Source of the DNA: a virus
Lineage: Duplodnaviria > Heunggongvirae > Uroviricota > Caudoviricetes
Virus record (IMG/VR): IMGVR_UViG_3300044678_001935
Location: 35,982-99,981 of that record
Length of the DNA: 64,000 nt
Reading direction: 5' to 3' (one strand)
Position 1 is the stretch's first letter, and every line of letters begins with the position of its first letter. The translations under genes were made by a program, and so were the position numbers. The notes beneath the pieces were generated by a model. It was not told the origin of the DNA and made no database searches. It worked only from the letters and a program-made list of their open reading frames with translations. This document shows, one piece after another, positions 1-9,959 of the stretch.

Positions 1-39
1 AAAAACAGAAAAAAACCACAGAAAATAACTCTGGAACAG

Positions 40-702
40 ATGGTTGAATTACAGCCATTAACCGAAAATCAAGAGAAATTTTTTGATCTTTACGACAGCG
101 GTAAGTGTATGGTTGCCTATGGTTATCAAGGCACTGGTAAGACGTTCTTAACACTCTATAAAGCTTTAGAGGAAGTTCTGGACCCTACAACCCCTTATGA
201 TAAAGTTTTGATTGTAAGATCTATGGTTCCAACTAGGGAGATTGGTTTTCTCCCCGGTTCTCTTGACGATAAGCAATCTGAGTACGAGCGTCCTTACAAG
301 TATATGATTAAAAAGCTCTTTGAGTTAAATACCGAAGAGGAATATGAACTACTTTACGGTGCCTTAAAAAATCAAAAATCGTTATACTTTCTTTCAACCA
401 GTTTTATTCGTGGTGAAACTTTTGACGATTGTATTATTATCGTAGATGAATTCCAAAATTTGTCATCGCATGAAAATTCTTCTATCATAACTCGTGTTGG
501 TGAAAATTCAAAGATTATGTTCTGTGGTGATGCAGCTCAGAGTGATTTAATTAAGCTGAGTGAAAAATCTGGAATTCTTGATTTTATTCGGATTCTAAAA
601 AGAATGAATTCCATCGATTTTGTTGAGTTCGGTATTGATGACATCGTAAGATCTTCATTGGTGAAAGAGTTTATTATTGCCAAAACTGAGTTGGGTCTAT
701 AA
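40..702 (+). CDS. phoH: PhoH-like ATPase
   Basis: Walker A GYQGTGKTF near the N-terminus and a DEFQN Walker B/DEAD-like box. Length and motif order fit the PhoH family, which is common in T4-like phages. Confidence 0.8.
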   Translation: MVELQPLTENQEKFFDLYDSGKCMVAYGYQGTGKTFLTLYKALEEVLDPTTPYDKVLIVRSMVPTREIGFLPGSLDDKQSEYERPYKYMIKKLFELNTEEEYELLYGALKNQKSLYFLSTSFIRGETFDDCIIIVDEFQNLSSHENSSIITRVGENSKIMFCGDAAQSDLIKLSEKSGILDFIRILKRMNSIDFVEFGIDDIVRSSLVKEFIIAKTELGL

Positions 703-745
703 TACCAACACACTTCCTAGCCATTCTTTAATCCATAAAACGCGC

Positions 746-774
746 TTGACAACTCAGGCGCTTTGTGGTATGAT
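746..774 (+). promoter_or_regulatory. sigma70-type early promoter, TTGACA-17 nt-TATGAT with TG extended -10
   Basis: Perfect -35 TTGACA at 746-751, a 17-nt spacer, and TGgTATGAT at 766-774. The alternative reading (this is the translation start context ACTCAGG...TGTGGTATG) is not excluded. Confidence 0.5.
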
Positions 775-796
775 GGGGCTTCAGTTGAAGAAGAAA

Positions 797-1360
797 ATGG
801 AAAACGAATTTAATGAATTAAAGATGGTATCAATGGATATCAAAGACACCGCTGGCTTTATTCAGAATGATCTGCGTAAATGTTTAGATGATGGAGTAAT
901 AACAAGATCAGAACTCTGGGATGACTATTACGAGTTCAAACAACGGATGTCTTATCATAAGATCCGACTTGAACAAATAGAGAAAAAAGTCCGTGAAGAG
1001 TTTTTAAAATTTTATGACGAATCCTCAACAGTAAGAGTAAAGGGCAAATGTTACGCACGTTTTACTGGAAAAAATGGTTATGACTTTGAAAATAAACAAG
1101 CCAACTCAATTCTAGAAAAAGGTGAAGTTTATACTGTCGTCGGTGGAAGAATGGGTGGGATGAAAACTCATATCGTTTTAGAAGGTTACGAGAACACTTC
1201 CTTCAATTCTGTTATGTTTGATATTGAAGGTGAACTTCCTTTTAAGTATGAGGATAGTTATGTTACCAGTGAACAATTAATGAAATGGGTAAAAGAATAT
1301 AAAGATAATAAAGACAATGAAGACATTCACACACAACCCAATAACGCTACCGAAGCTTAA
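797..1360 (+). CDS. hypothetical protein
   Basis: Same frame as track ORF 677..1360. The start was chosen downstream of the candidate promoter, preceded by GAAGAAG. Alternative starts are ATGATG at 770 and TTG at 677, the latter overlapping phoH. Confidence 0.4.
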   Translation: MENEFNELKMVSMDIKDTAGFIQNDLRKCLDDGVITRSELWDDYYEFKQRMSYHKIRLEQIEKKVREEFLKFYDESSTVRVKGKCYARFTGKNGYDFENKQANSILEKGEVYTVVGGRMGGMKTHIVLEGYENTSFNSVMFDIEGELPFKYEDSYVTSEQLMKWVKEYKDNKDNEDIHTQPNNATEA

Positions 1361-2312
1361 ACAAGTCAATCTACCAGGATTAAGATACTATACAAAAGAA
1401 GGAACCGAAACAAAATTCGTTTCAGTCACATCTGTTATTTCACATAACACCAAACACAAATTCACAGATTGGCGAAAGGAAGTAGGTGAAAAAGAGGCCA
1501 ATAGAGTTACGAACAGATCAACAACCAGAGGCACAAAAACTCACTCTCTCGTTGAATCTTATGTTGGTAATGAACCACTTCTTGAAGAAGTCTTTAAACC
1601 GGAAGAAGACAATAAGATCTCCAATTTACTCAATCCTTACGATACAATTCGGGCAAAAAAGAATTCCGTTACTATTGATGTTTACCGAGAATCGGAAGAT
1701 CCTCTTAAAGTAGTAATAAGCGCAGGCAATATCATAGGTGATATTCTCGGTAAGATTTTCAAAGAATTTGGTGAAATCGTTATTGATGAAAAGTCAACTC
1801 AATATAAAAAGACGATTTACGTTCAGGCTTCTTATTATAACTTCGTCAATTTTTGTCTAGAATTATTTGAGGATTCTAAGCTCTATAAAGATACAGTAGA
1901 ATCATACAAGAGACTCCCGTTTTTTCTGTTTGAGAATCTTAAACCGGAACTCAACAAAATTGATAACATTCTGGGTATTGAGATTCCTCTTCATAGTGAA
2001 TACTTCGGTCTTGCTGGCACTTCCGACTGTATTGCTAAGTACAATGGAATTCTGAGTATTATTGACTATAAGACCTCAGAATACATCAAAAAGAAAGAGT
2101 GGATTTTTGATTACTTTGTTCAGGCTGTTGCTTATCGTTATATGCTAAAAGAGCTAACCGGAATAGATGCTCCGCAACTTGTGATCTTTATGGCTGCGGA
2201 AAACGGAGAAATTAAAACATTTGTGGAGACTAACTTCACACCCTATGCACGAAAACTCGTAGAATATATCAGAAATTTTAAAAATGCCAAAAACCAAGAA
2301 ATTGCAGATTGA
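1317..2312 (+). CDS. hypothetical protein with a PD-(D/E)xK nuclease-like motif
   Basis: C-terminal GTSDCI...IIDYKTSE resembles a D...(D/E)xK core. Function is inferred, not established. Confidence 0.4.
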   Translation: MKTFTHNPITLPKLKQVNLPGLRYYTKEGTETKFVSVTSVISHNTKHKFTDWRKEVGEKEANRVTNRSTTRGTKTHSLVESYVGNEPLLEEVFKPEEDNKISNLLNPYDTIRAKKNSVTIDVYRESEDPLKVVISAGNIIGDILGKIFKEFGEIVIDEKSTQYKKTIYVQASYYNFVNFCLELFEDSKLYKDTVESYKRLPFFLFENLKPELNKIDNILGIEIPLHSEYFGLAGTSDCIAKYNGILSIIDYKTSEYIKKKEWIFDYFVQAVAYRYMLKELTGIDAPQLVIFMAAENGEIKTFVETNFTPYARKLVEYIRNFKNAKNQEIAD

Positions 2313-2565
2313 AGAAGAATTAGAAAAAGAGTTTAATAAGAAGTTCATATCACAAGAAAAGTTCGCCGAAGAGATTGAAACTTATTTTCAAGATAACGGC
2401 TACAGCAATTACTTTACCGCAATGGCTGATTATTGTGAAGAGAATAACATTGACATTGAATCAGTACCAAAACTAATCTCAAAACAATTCAAAAAGAAGA
2501 TTGAACATCAAGCATCAAAGTTGCATTTAGTGAAGTTCAAACCTCTACCAGAATTGCCATTTTGA
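2284..2565 (+). CDS. hypothetical protein
   Basis: 93-aa ORF tightly packed with its neighbours. No recognisable motif. Confidence 0.4.
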   Translation: MPKTKKLQIEEELEKEFNKKFISQEKFAEEIETYFQDNGYSNYFTAMADYCEENNIDIESVPKLISKQFKKKIEHQASKLHLVKFKPLPELPF

Positions 2566-3158
2566 AACAAACTCCTTATGAATGTTACACAATATATCTC
2601 GCATTAAAACAACATTTCTCTAATGAGAATTACGACTTTCTTCAATACAACGGAAAAGTCAGGACATCAATAAAAACCTACAACAAGAGAAACGATCGAT
2701 ATTTTTTTGAGAAGTTAAGTAGAAAATACGACCGACAAGAAATTATTGAATACTTTGTTGCCTCTTTTATTCACTCCGATAATCCATCTTCATTGTGGAT
2801 CGGAGATTTAAAAAGCACGGGAGACGAAATCTATACATCATGGAAAGCCAACATCCAGGCACTAACTTATCGGTTTACAGAAGATCTAAAGAAATTAACT
2901 GAATCACAACATTTATATGAGTGTATTCAGTCTAAAGAAACAAAACATCCTCCAATTATAAAAGCCTTTCTAAGAAACGACATTACTTTGGAAACTTTGT
3001 TTATTCTTGAGGATATTTTACATTTTATGAAAGAAAGTGATTATGATCCTATTCTAAAGACGATTAATTTCAAGATTAAAAAATATCGTCCGTTCTTTGA
3101 GTACAATAAAAGTTACTTTATAGAACAGATGAAAACAATATGCTATCAGAAAACTTAA
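2562..3158 (+). CDS. hypothetical protein
   Basis: 198-aa ORF whose start overlaps the upstream stop (ATGA-type coupling). Confidence 0.45.
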   Translation: MKQTPYECYTIYLALKQHFSNENYDFLQYNGKVRTSIKTYNKRNDRYFFEKLSRKYDRQEIIEYFVASFIHSDNPSSLWIGDLKSTGDEIYTSWKANIQALTYRFTEDLKKLTESQHLYECIQSKETKHPPIIKAFLRNDITLETLFILEDILHFMKESDYDPILKTINFKIKKYRPFFEYNKSYFIEQMKTICYQKT

Positions 3159-3724
3159 TAACAGAAATAAAACACAGAATACATGAGCATCATAATCTAT
3201 ACGACCTAAGTGTAAAAGGTGAATATTGGGAAGAAATATTAGCGAAATCAATATTAGCTATAGGTGGAACAACTGATTGGGAGGCGGAAAGAACTCATAC
3301 GATAGGAAAGGATCAGATTTGTAGTTGGGATAATTATCAAAACAAGAGAATCTCAAACAAAAGTGGAGTTTATACAATCTCATCAAACACACTAAAAATC
3401 AATGGTTCCCGTAGCACAACATATCAAACACTAGAAGAAAAGATAGATTACTTTGCTGATAAACAAGAAGATTATTATTTCTGTTTAGCCACATCAACTC
3501 TAAAGAAAGATATAAATTACTACTTGTTCTTTTTTGCGTCATCTTTATTAGATTATAAGAATGCAGAATGGAAAGAACAACACAACGAACAACAAAAGCT
3601 TATCGGGTGGAACTGTGATACTCCGATATACAAAGCCTGGATAAAACGAAATATGTCAGATCAATTATGGACGCACATCAAACTAACACCAGCGAATCTT
3701 ACACCGACAATTCTGGAACGATAA
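3140..3724 (+). CDS. hypothetical protein
   Basis: 194-aa ORF within the compact early-gene block. Confidence 0.45.
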   Translation: MLSENLITEIKHRIHEHHNLYDLSVKGEYWEEILAKSILAIGGTTDWEAERTHTIGKDQICSWDNYQNKRISNKSGVYTISSNTLKINGSRSTTYQTLEEKIDYFADKQEDYYFCLATSTLKKDINYYLFFFASSLLDYKNAEWKEQHNEQQKLIGWNCDTPIYKAWIKRNMSDQLWTHIKLTPANLTPTILER

Positions 3725-4467
3725 GACTCTATCGCGGTGATTGTTTAGATGTTCTTCCATCTATAGATGACAACTCGGTAGATATGGTTATGTGTGATCT
3801 ACCTTATATGAAAACAGCTTGTTCTTGGGACCACATTATTCCACCAGAAGAATTATGGAAACAATACAACCGAATCTGTAAAGAAAATGCTGCAATGGTC
3901 TTTACGGCAGTTCAACCTTTCACCACACTTCTTATCAGTTCCAATCTTAAGAACTTTCGTTATGAGTTAATCTGGGAGAAACCACAAGGAACCAATCCCT
4001 TAAACAAAGACTACATGCCTCTTAGGTCACATGAGAATATTTTAGTCTTTTATCGCAGACCACCTACCTACAATCCACAGATGGAAAAAGGTAGTCCCTA
4101 CAAGGGTTTTCAGTCACAAAAATCGCTTATTGGGGAAATATACGGTTCGGTCAAAAGTAAGCACCGAAACAATGTAGAAGGAACAAGATACCCTAAAACC
4201 GTTCTTAAGTTTCAACAAGAAAAAGGATTACATCCAACACAAAAGCCTGTTCCTCTTATGGAATATCTCATAAGAACTTACACGAACGAAGGTGATACTG
4301 TTCTAGATAATACTATGGGTAGCGGCACTACCGGAGTAGCCTGCATAAATTCCCAAAGAAATTTTATCGGAATGGAGAGCGAAGAAGCTATCTATAATAC
4401 AGCATTAAAGCGAATTAAAGAAGAACATCTTCGGTCTCGGATGAATATCATGGAATTATTGAGCTAA
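3667..4467 (+). CDS. DNA methyltransferase (beta-class N6-adenine/N4-cytosine family)
   Basis: Motif IV context RLYRGDCLDVLPSI..SVDMVMCDLPY (a DPPY-type box, here DLPY) comes first. The AdoMet motif VLDNTMGSGTTGVA follows, which is the beta-class permutation. Confidence 0.8.
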   Translation: MDAHQTNTSESYTDNSGTIRLYRGDCLDVLPSIDDNSVDMVMCDLPYMKTACSWDHIIPPEELWKQYNRICKENAAMVFTAVQPFTTLLISSNLKNFRYELIWEKPQGTNPLNKDYMPLRSHENILVFYRRPPTYNPQMEKGSPYKGFQSQKSLIGEIYGSVKSKHRNNVEGTRYPKTVLKFQQEKGLHPTQKPVPLMEYLIRTYTNEGDTVLDNTMGSGTTGVACINSQRNFIGMESEEAIYNTALKRIKEEHLRSRMNIMELLS

Positions 4468-4485
4468 TAACAACACAAGAAAATT

Positions 4486-5100
4486 ATGAAAGAATTTACA
4501 CCGAATCAGGCGATTGTTGATCCCGAAACACACGAAAAAGTAGTTAAACTACTTGATAGGATTAAAGATGAGGCAGAAAAATCCAAGTGGGTCTGGGAAG
4601 ATGTTCCACCAGAGGAAGACGATTATATTGAATCCTATAATATTAGTTTTGATTTTGACTTGTTAGAAATTTTAGAGAAAAGGATTCTCGATGATAAAAA
4701 TTCAACGCCATGGGAAACTGTTATAATAAAACGTGGGAATTGTGAGACTTCATACTATAGGCAATTTAAAACCGAGGAAAGTTATAAAAATTATCTAAGT
4801 GAGCATAAAAAATATACTAAAGAAATTGCGCCTTATATTTTTGGTTATTGTAAGACTGCGTGTGGAATCTATAAAAACAAGTCATTAGAATTTCAGGATC
4901 TCAAATTTAAATCCTTTGATAATCTGATTACACATCTTAAAAAATTAACTGAAGATAAAAATATTATTCTAGTACGCTTCGGATATGCACATTTTGAGTT
5001 TAAAACTATTCTTGACGATAAACTTGGATTTAAGGATACTATTGAATTAGAAGAGCCCGATTCTTACTTCTACATCAAATTCGCTCTTGTAGACAAGTAA
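4486..5100 (+). CDS. hypothetical protein
   Basis: 204-aa acidic ORF. Confidence 0.45.
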   Translation: MKEFTPNQAIVDPETHEKVVKLLDRIKDEAEKSKWVWEDVPPEEDDYIESYNISFDFDLLEILEKRILDDKNSTPWETVIIKRGNCETSYYRQFKTEESYKNYLSEHKKYTKEIAPYIFGYCKTACGIYKNKSLEFQDLKFKSFDNLITHLKKLTEDKNIILVRFGYAHFEFKTILDDKLGFKDTIELEEPDSYFYIKFALVDK

Positions 5101-5209
5101 AATTATGAGTATTATTTTTGCGTGATTAATGGGCGAATAAATAAATCTGGGTTGGTAAACCCCTAAAGCTTCCATTTTTAAACACAACCATTTTAACTAA
5201 TTTAACAAC

Positions 5210-6172
5210 ATGTTTTCTGACTTTAAACAACTTAAAAAATCATCTTCAATCGGCTCATTAACTCAAAAACTTATTGAGCATTCCGAGAAACTATCAAAGG
5301 CTTCATCTACAAAAGACGATAGAATTTTTAGCGTAGATCGTGACAAAAAAACCGGAACTGGCTTTGCTATTGTACGGTTTATGCCACCACCGCCTAATGA
5401 GCCTAGCTCATGTGTTAAAATCGTAAATCACAATTTTAAGTATAACGGCAAGTATTTAAACGAGAATTGCCCAAATCACACTCCCGGAATCACCAAGAGA
5501 GATTGTCCTATTTGTGATTCTAATCGTGAACTTTGGGCAACAGAAGTTGAAACCAATAAGCAAATCGCATCACTAAGAAAGCTGCGAACTTCTTATTATA
5601 CTAACGTCTATATTGTTAAGAACCCAGCAAATCCAGAATTGGAAGGTCGGGTTATGCTTTATCGCTTCGGTGTTAAACTTTTTGAAAAAATTGAAAACGC
5701 CCGCAAGGAAAAGTATGTTGGGGATACCAATGTAATTGAACCGTATGATCTTTTTGACAGCGGTGCTAATTTCCGAATTGTTGTAAAAACTCAGGTTGAT
5801 TCTAAGAACAACAAAGAATTTCCTGAATATTCGGAATCCGGCTTTGAATCAAAAGGTGCTCTCTTTTCTGATGACACAAGACTAGAAGCCGTCTGGCGCC
5901 AGTGTCATTCTCTCCAGGAACTTATTTCACCAGAGAAGTTCCGCTCTTATGAAGATATTGAAAAAAGTCTTCGTCGGGTTATGGGAGTTTCTGCTAATTC
6001 TGTTCAGGCGCAAGAGGCTGAACTGGAAGAAGTTGCACAGGCGGTTAATGACGACTCCATTATGAGTGAACTAGAGGCTCATTATAAGAGCAAAAACAAT
6101 CCGCTAGATGAGGAAAATTCCTCGCTAGAAGATGCTCTTAAGGCCTTTGAAGAACTAGAGATGGACGACTAA
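5210..6172 (+). CDS. 32: ssDNA-binding protein gp32
   Basis: Segments align with T4 gp32: FAIVRFMPPP, the Zn site CPNHTPGITKRDCPICD (His/Cys ligands) and LYRFGVKLFEKI. It also has the acidic C-terminal tail. Confidence 0.9.
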   Translation: MFSDFKQLKKSSSIGSLTQKLIEHSEKLSKASSTKDDRIFSVDRDKKTGTGFAIVRFMPPPPNEPSSCVKIVNHNFKYNGKYLNENCPNHTPGITKRDCPICDSNRELWATEVETNKQIASLRKLRTSYYTNVYIVKNPANPELEGRVMLYRFGVKLFEKIENARKEKYVGDTNVIEPYDLFDSGANFRIVVKTQVDSKNNKEFPEYSESGFESKGALFSDDTRLEAVWRQCHSLQELISPEKFRSYEDIEKSLRRVMGVSANSVQAQEAELEEVAQAVNDDSIMSELEAHYKSKNNPLDEENSSLEDALKAFEELEMDD

Positions 6173-7167
6173 TTAAACAGTCTAATATTATCACCCTTCT
6201 TAAGGGAACGGCTCTCATATTGAGAGCTTTTTTTATACCTCATAATATTCTCAATATCCTCAAATAAGATGCCAAGATAGGCTGGTTTAAGAATATAAAT
6301 TCCCCTCTTTTTCTCTTCTTTCTCTATTTCGTAATCGTAGTTTGTTATTGGCTCAACGAATGTAGATTTTGGCACATGCACAGTATATCCCAAACCCTCA
6401 TCAAAAAATTCATAATAATAAGAGTTAGCAGTAAAGCTACTATTTTCTGCTAAGGTAAAATGTACTTCTTCAACTCTTGGATTCGCAAGAATTGGATTTG
6501 GGTTTGCTGGAATTTCGTTTAGAGCGAATTCAAAGGATTCAACAGTTCCATTATCTTCTTGTAGAATATTACTTATAATAAACTGTCCGTTATATTCGCT
6601 TTCTGTTACGTTAATAATCGTTATTTGAGTTCCGACTTCTAGACCAACGATTCCGTCAACTAGAGAGACTGTTGCCTTTGTTCCATCACTTGTTAAGGTA
6701 TTAATCTTAGAGTTGATAACTTCTATAAAATTACCGTTGGTTTTCCAAGTAGGTGATACCCTGATATTCCCTGGAAGCATTTTAATTCCCAAAGAATTTA
6801 AAATTTCTCTTGTTTGATAATGATGAATACCTGAGTATAATTGATCATAAGACCCATACTTTTGTAGCATTATCTTATCAAAAACATAAGAAGGCAACGG
6901 CCACTCTTCTTGTGCATTGATAATATTATTAGAAAGAAAAACAACCCAATCTAATGTTGGATCATCATAAACTTTATTTGCTACTTGATCAGCTCTCTCA
7001 TCACCTTCAATTTGATAATCCTCAAAATAAGCCAGATTGGTGAAAATACTCGGAACTATCTGCCCTCTTCTAAAGAAGTTCTTTACAACAGTGTATTCAG
7101 AAATTTTAGAATCTGGTAAAAGACTTATGTAATTGAAGTCTGAAACGTAACTGAAGTAATGAGCCAT
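6169..7167 (-). CDS. baseplate/tail-tube associated protein (gp54- or gp48-like by size and position)
   Basis: Last gene of a four-gene minus-strand operon whose sizes (150, 186, 329, 332 aa) match T4 gp4, gp53, gp48 and gp54. No motif-level proof. Confidence 0.3.
   Translation of the reverse strand: MAHYFSYVSDFNYISLLPDSKISEYTVVKNFFRRGQIVPSIFTNLAYFEDYQIEGDERADQVANKVYDDPTLDWVVFLSNNIINAQEEWPLPSYVFDKIMLQKYGSYDQLYSGIHHYQTREILNSLGIKMLPGNIRVSPTWKTNGNFIEVINSKINTLTSDGTKATVSLVDGIVGLEVGTQITIINVTESEYNGQFIISNILQEDNGTVESFEFALNEIPANPNPILANPRVEEVHFTLAENSSFTANSYYYEFFDEGLGYTVHVPKSTFVEPITNYDYEIEKEEKKRGIYILKPAYLGILFEDIENIMRYKKSSQYESRSLKKGDNIRLFN
6211..6234 (+). terminator. intrinsic terminator hairpin GCTCTC-ATATT-GAGAGC followed by T7
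   Basis: Perfect 6-bp stem plus T-run just downstream of the gp32 stop. It lies inside the 3' end of the convergent minus-strand ORF. Confidence 0.45.
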
Positions 7168-8156
7168 TAGTAGCCTATTGAATGATTGATTGTTTCCGCT
7201 GTTTCATAATCAACATCGTAAATAGGAACAATTTCTTGGAAGGTCATGTTAATATTATAAGAAACCATCGTTCCTTCTTGATATGTCATGTAAGAATTAT
7301 TAGGTGTATAATCAACAGTGCAATTTTGCAATGCACAATGTTTGATTTTACCAATACCATCGTGTTCTTTTTTATTACCCATCATGTACTTAATATCAAA
7401 GACATAAGGAGCAGTAAGAAAAAGATTATTCGCTTGTACTCTAGGTGCCATTCCCTGTTTGAAGAATCTTATGATCTTCTTCACTTCACTTCCTTCAATT
7501 TCGTCTCTCGGTGATAACTTAAAATTGAATGTAAAAGGTCTTAGAGTTGGAGTGCTGAACAATAACTCCAAATTGGGATTTAAAACTTTACCTGTGGCTC
7601 TACTCAATAGACCTTGAACACCAATAATTTGCTCTACCAGATAAAGTCTCCCAAGATTTCCAACATTTCCATCACTCAATAGATTTTTCATTGCATCTAT
7701 TGATGAGTCAACCTGTGGATTATCATCAGACATCATATTATAAGACAAGTTGGCAACTCTTCTTTGTAGATCGTTCAGAGTGCCATCTGCCCAGGTAACA
7801 GCATTGGTGTCTTGGATTTTATCCTGAATCGGGAGAAACACCTCACCAACCTTGGAACCACCTATGTTGATAGATGTTGCTTCATATTGATCGGATTCTT
7901 TTATTCTGTCTTTTGTTGAAGGGAAAGGAGCCTCTGATGAACCGGGTACTGGGCCAACAGCAGCATCGTCTTTTTTCTTGGTGTATTGCTTTAACCTAAA
8001 GTGAATTCTATCTTGACCTTCAATTTCTCGGCCATTAACAGTCCTATCATTTTTCATATTAATAGGATACATCAAATAAGACCTCCCAGGATTAACGTCG
8101 GGTCTTACGATGTTTTTATTAACAGTCCTTAAATTTTCAGCCGAAATAATTGGCAT
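7167..8156 (-). CDS. baseplate tail-tube cap-like protein (gp48-like by size and synteny)
   Basis: 329 aa, start abutting the stop of the downstream gene; part of the structural operon. Assignment is by inference only. Confidence 0.3.
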   Translation of the reverse strand: MPIISAENLRTVNKNIVRPDVNPGRSYLMYPINMKNDRTVNGREIEGQDRIHFRLKQYTKKKDDAAVGPVPGSSEAPFPSTKDRIKESDQYEATSINIGGSKVGEVFLPIQDKIQDTNAVTWADGTLNDLQRRVANLSYNMMSDDNPQVDSSIDAMKNLLSDGNVGNLGRLYLVEQIIGVQGLLSRATGKVLNPNLELLFSTPTLRPFTFNFKLSPRDEIEGSEVKKIIRFFKQGMAPRVQANNLFLTAPYVFDIKYMMGNKKEHDGIGKIKHCALQNCTVDYTPNNSYMTYQEGTMVSYNINMTFQEIVPIYDVDYETAETINHSIGY

Positions 8157-8171
8157 TGTTTTTGTTATTAT

Positions 8172-8732
8172 TTATAGCTTAATTGGGTAGAATGTTTGTA
8201 TTCTCATAACATCTTCCAATTCCCACTCTTTTATTTCATAAAATCTTGACTGGAATCTACTATAATCATAATTACGGTACATACTCTCAATATATTGTGG
8301 AGCGTTCCTCCAGTGTAGGTTTACACCAAATACATGAAAGGATTCTTTATGGAGTATTATAGAAACGGGATAAAGATCAAAATACTTACCTTTTGTTTTT
8401 GCCCAATACTTAAAAGTGTAATATTTTCCTATCTCTAGAGATTCTTCCTGACGACCAAGATTCTGAAGAGTTTCTACCAATTTATCCCAATAAAAATCAG
8501 GTGACTTCCCTGGTGGTAGAGAATCAGCCAACTCTTTTATGCTGTATAACTGCTGCCTATCGCGGATTCTTCTTTCTTTTGTTACACTAGATTGAATATC
8601 AATCTTCGGCTTCTTTTCTTCCTTCTCTAACGCAAGTCTCTTTGCCCGACCAATAAGACTTCCGAATTGGATATTTGTGTTAATCCAACGAAGAACCCAT
8701 TGAGTAGATCTGGAGATTGCGTTTTTAAACAT
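8172..8732 (-). CDS. baseplate wedge-like protein (gp53-like by size and synteny)
   Basis: 186 aa, immediately downstream of the gp4-like gene with a 1-nt overlap. Confidence 0.3.
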   Translation of the reverse strand: MFKNAISRSTQWVLRWINTNIQFGSLIGRAKRLALEKEEKKPKIDIQSSVTKERRIRDRQQLYSIKELADSLPPGKSPDFYWDKLVETLQNLGRQEESLEIGKYYTFKYWAKTKGKYFDLYPVSIILHKESFHVFGVNLHWRNAPQYIESMYRNYDYSRFQSRFYEIKEWELEDVMRIQTFYPIKL

Positions 8733-9184
8733 CAGACTTTCTTAAGACCTAAGTTTTTTTCTGTAAGTATAATAAATTCCATTCCATTGTTACGACAAAA
8801 ATCCTCAGCAAATTTCCATTTAGATTGATTTTTTGCGTAGGTATTACACTCATTAATATAAGTTCTGGTTTTCTTTCTTCCTTCTTTGGGTGGTAGCGTT
8901 TGCTTATAGGGTTTTACTTCAACAAGATATTTCTTTGTTGTCCCATCTGGTTGTAAGACTTCCATGTAAGCATCTGGGAAATAACGACGAGTTTTCATTG
9001 TAGATTCATCCCAATACTTTATGGCGAATGGCTCACTTGACCACTTTAGTATATTGCTACTGGAATCACAAAATTGGAACAGATGTCTTTCCCAAGAAGA
9101 TCTATAAACAATCTCACTAAGATCTCCGATATACTTGTCTGGATTAACGGGGTGATAAAAATTCTGAACCCAATTATTGGACAC
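8732..9184 (-). CDS. head completion protein-like (gp4-like), PD-(D/E)xK-type motif
   Basis: 150 aa, exactly the T4 gp4 length. It carries FPDAYMEV...LVEVKPYK, a D..EVK nuclease-like core. Its position is divergent from gp32. Confidence 0.35.
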   Translation of the reverse strand: MSNNWVQNFYHPVNPDKYIGDLSEIVYRSSWERHLFQFCDSSSNILKWSSEPFAIKYWDESTMKTRRYFPDAYMEVLQPDGTTKKYLVEVKPYKQTLPPKEGRKKTRTYINECNTYAKNQSKWKFAEDFCRNNGMEFIILTEKNLGLKKV

Positions 9185-9220
9185 TAAATATAGTTTAGAC
9201 TCTTAATATTTAGAGATAAG

Positions 9221-9940
9221 TTGTATAAACCCAAACCACCAACTATATCACAATTAAAGGATAAGATTCTTCGCCCAGCGACGACATCTAATTATCAATG
9301 CTGGTTTCCACCGCCGCTTAGTATCAAACAATGGTTTGATGAAAAGAAACTTGCTGGTCTTGATATAAATTTTAATGATGATACTTTTGAGATGATAAGT
9401 CTTAATTGTATGGAGGCCAATTTACCAGGCTCTACTTTTTTGACCAATGAAATCACCGATGATTATACTGGTGTAACCGAGCGGCATGTTTATCGTAGAC
9501 AATATGATGACAGAGCGGATTTTACGTTTCAGGTTGATAATTCCGTAAACAATTCATCAATCAATTCTGCTAATTATAGAGTCTTATTGTTTTTTGAACT
9601 TTGGATGCAATATATTGTTGATGAGCAAGAAGTATTAGGAATGAGAGATCCTAATTATTTCTATAGGGTGAACTACCCCTATAAGTATCAGGCACCTTAT
9701 ATTATCATCAATAAGTTTGAGAAGGATTTTAGAGGTAACTACTTACAATATAAGTTTTTGCAAGCTTTTCCTATTGCAGTTAACAGTATTCCAGTATCAA
9801 ACGAATCTTCTCAGATTCTTAAATGTACTGTTTCTTTCGCATACACTCGTTATATTATTGATACATTCCCTTTATCTGGATTACCCAAACCAAATACTCC
9901 AGCTAGAACTCGTGATAACTTCCCTCCACCACCAATCTAA
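9221..9940 (+). CDS. hypothetical protein (first gene of the late structural block)
   Basis: 239-aa ORF starting the long + strand structural operon. Confidence 0.35.
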   Translation: MYKPKPPTISQLKDKILRPATTSNYQCWFPPPLSIKQWFDEKKLAGLDINFNDDTFEMISLNCMEANLPGSTFLTNEITDDYTGVTERHVYRRQYDDRADFTFQVDNSVNNSSINSANYRVLLFFELWMQYIVDEQEVLGMRDPNYFYRVNYPYKYQAPYIIINKFEKDFRGNYLQYKFLQAFPIAVNSIPVSNESSQILKCTVSFAYTRYIIDTFPLSGLPKPNTPARTRDNFPPPPI

Positions 9941-9959
9941 ATAAAACGTCATAATTTAG

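Noticed and set aside
2154-2348. Various 60-130-aa minus-strand ORFs inside long + strand genes (for example 2154-2348, 11142-11381, 12375-12653, 12933-13379, 25068-25466, 28921-29457)
   Set aside because: They are fully embedded in well-supported + strand coding regions with strong strand polarity of the whole genome, so they are likely spurious.
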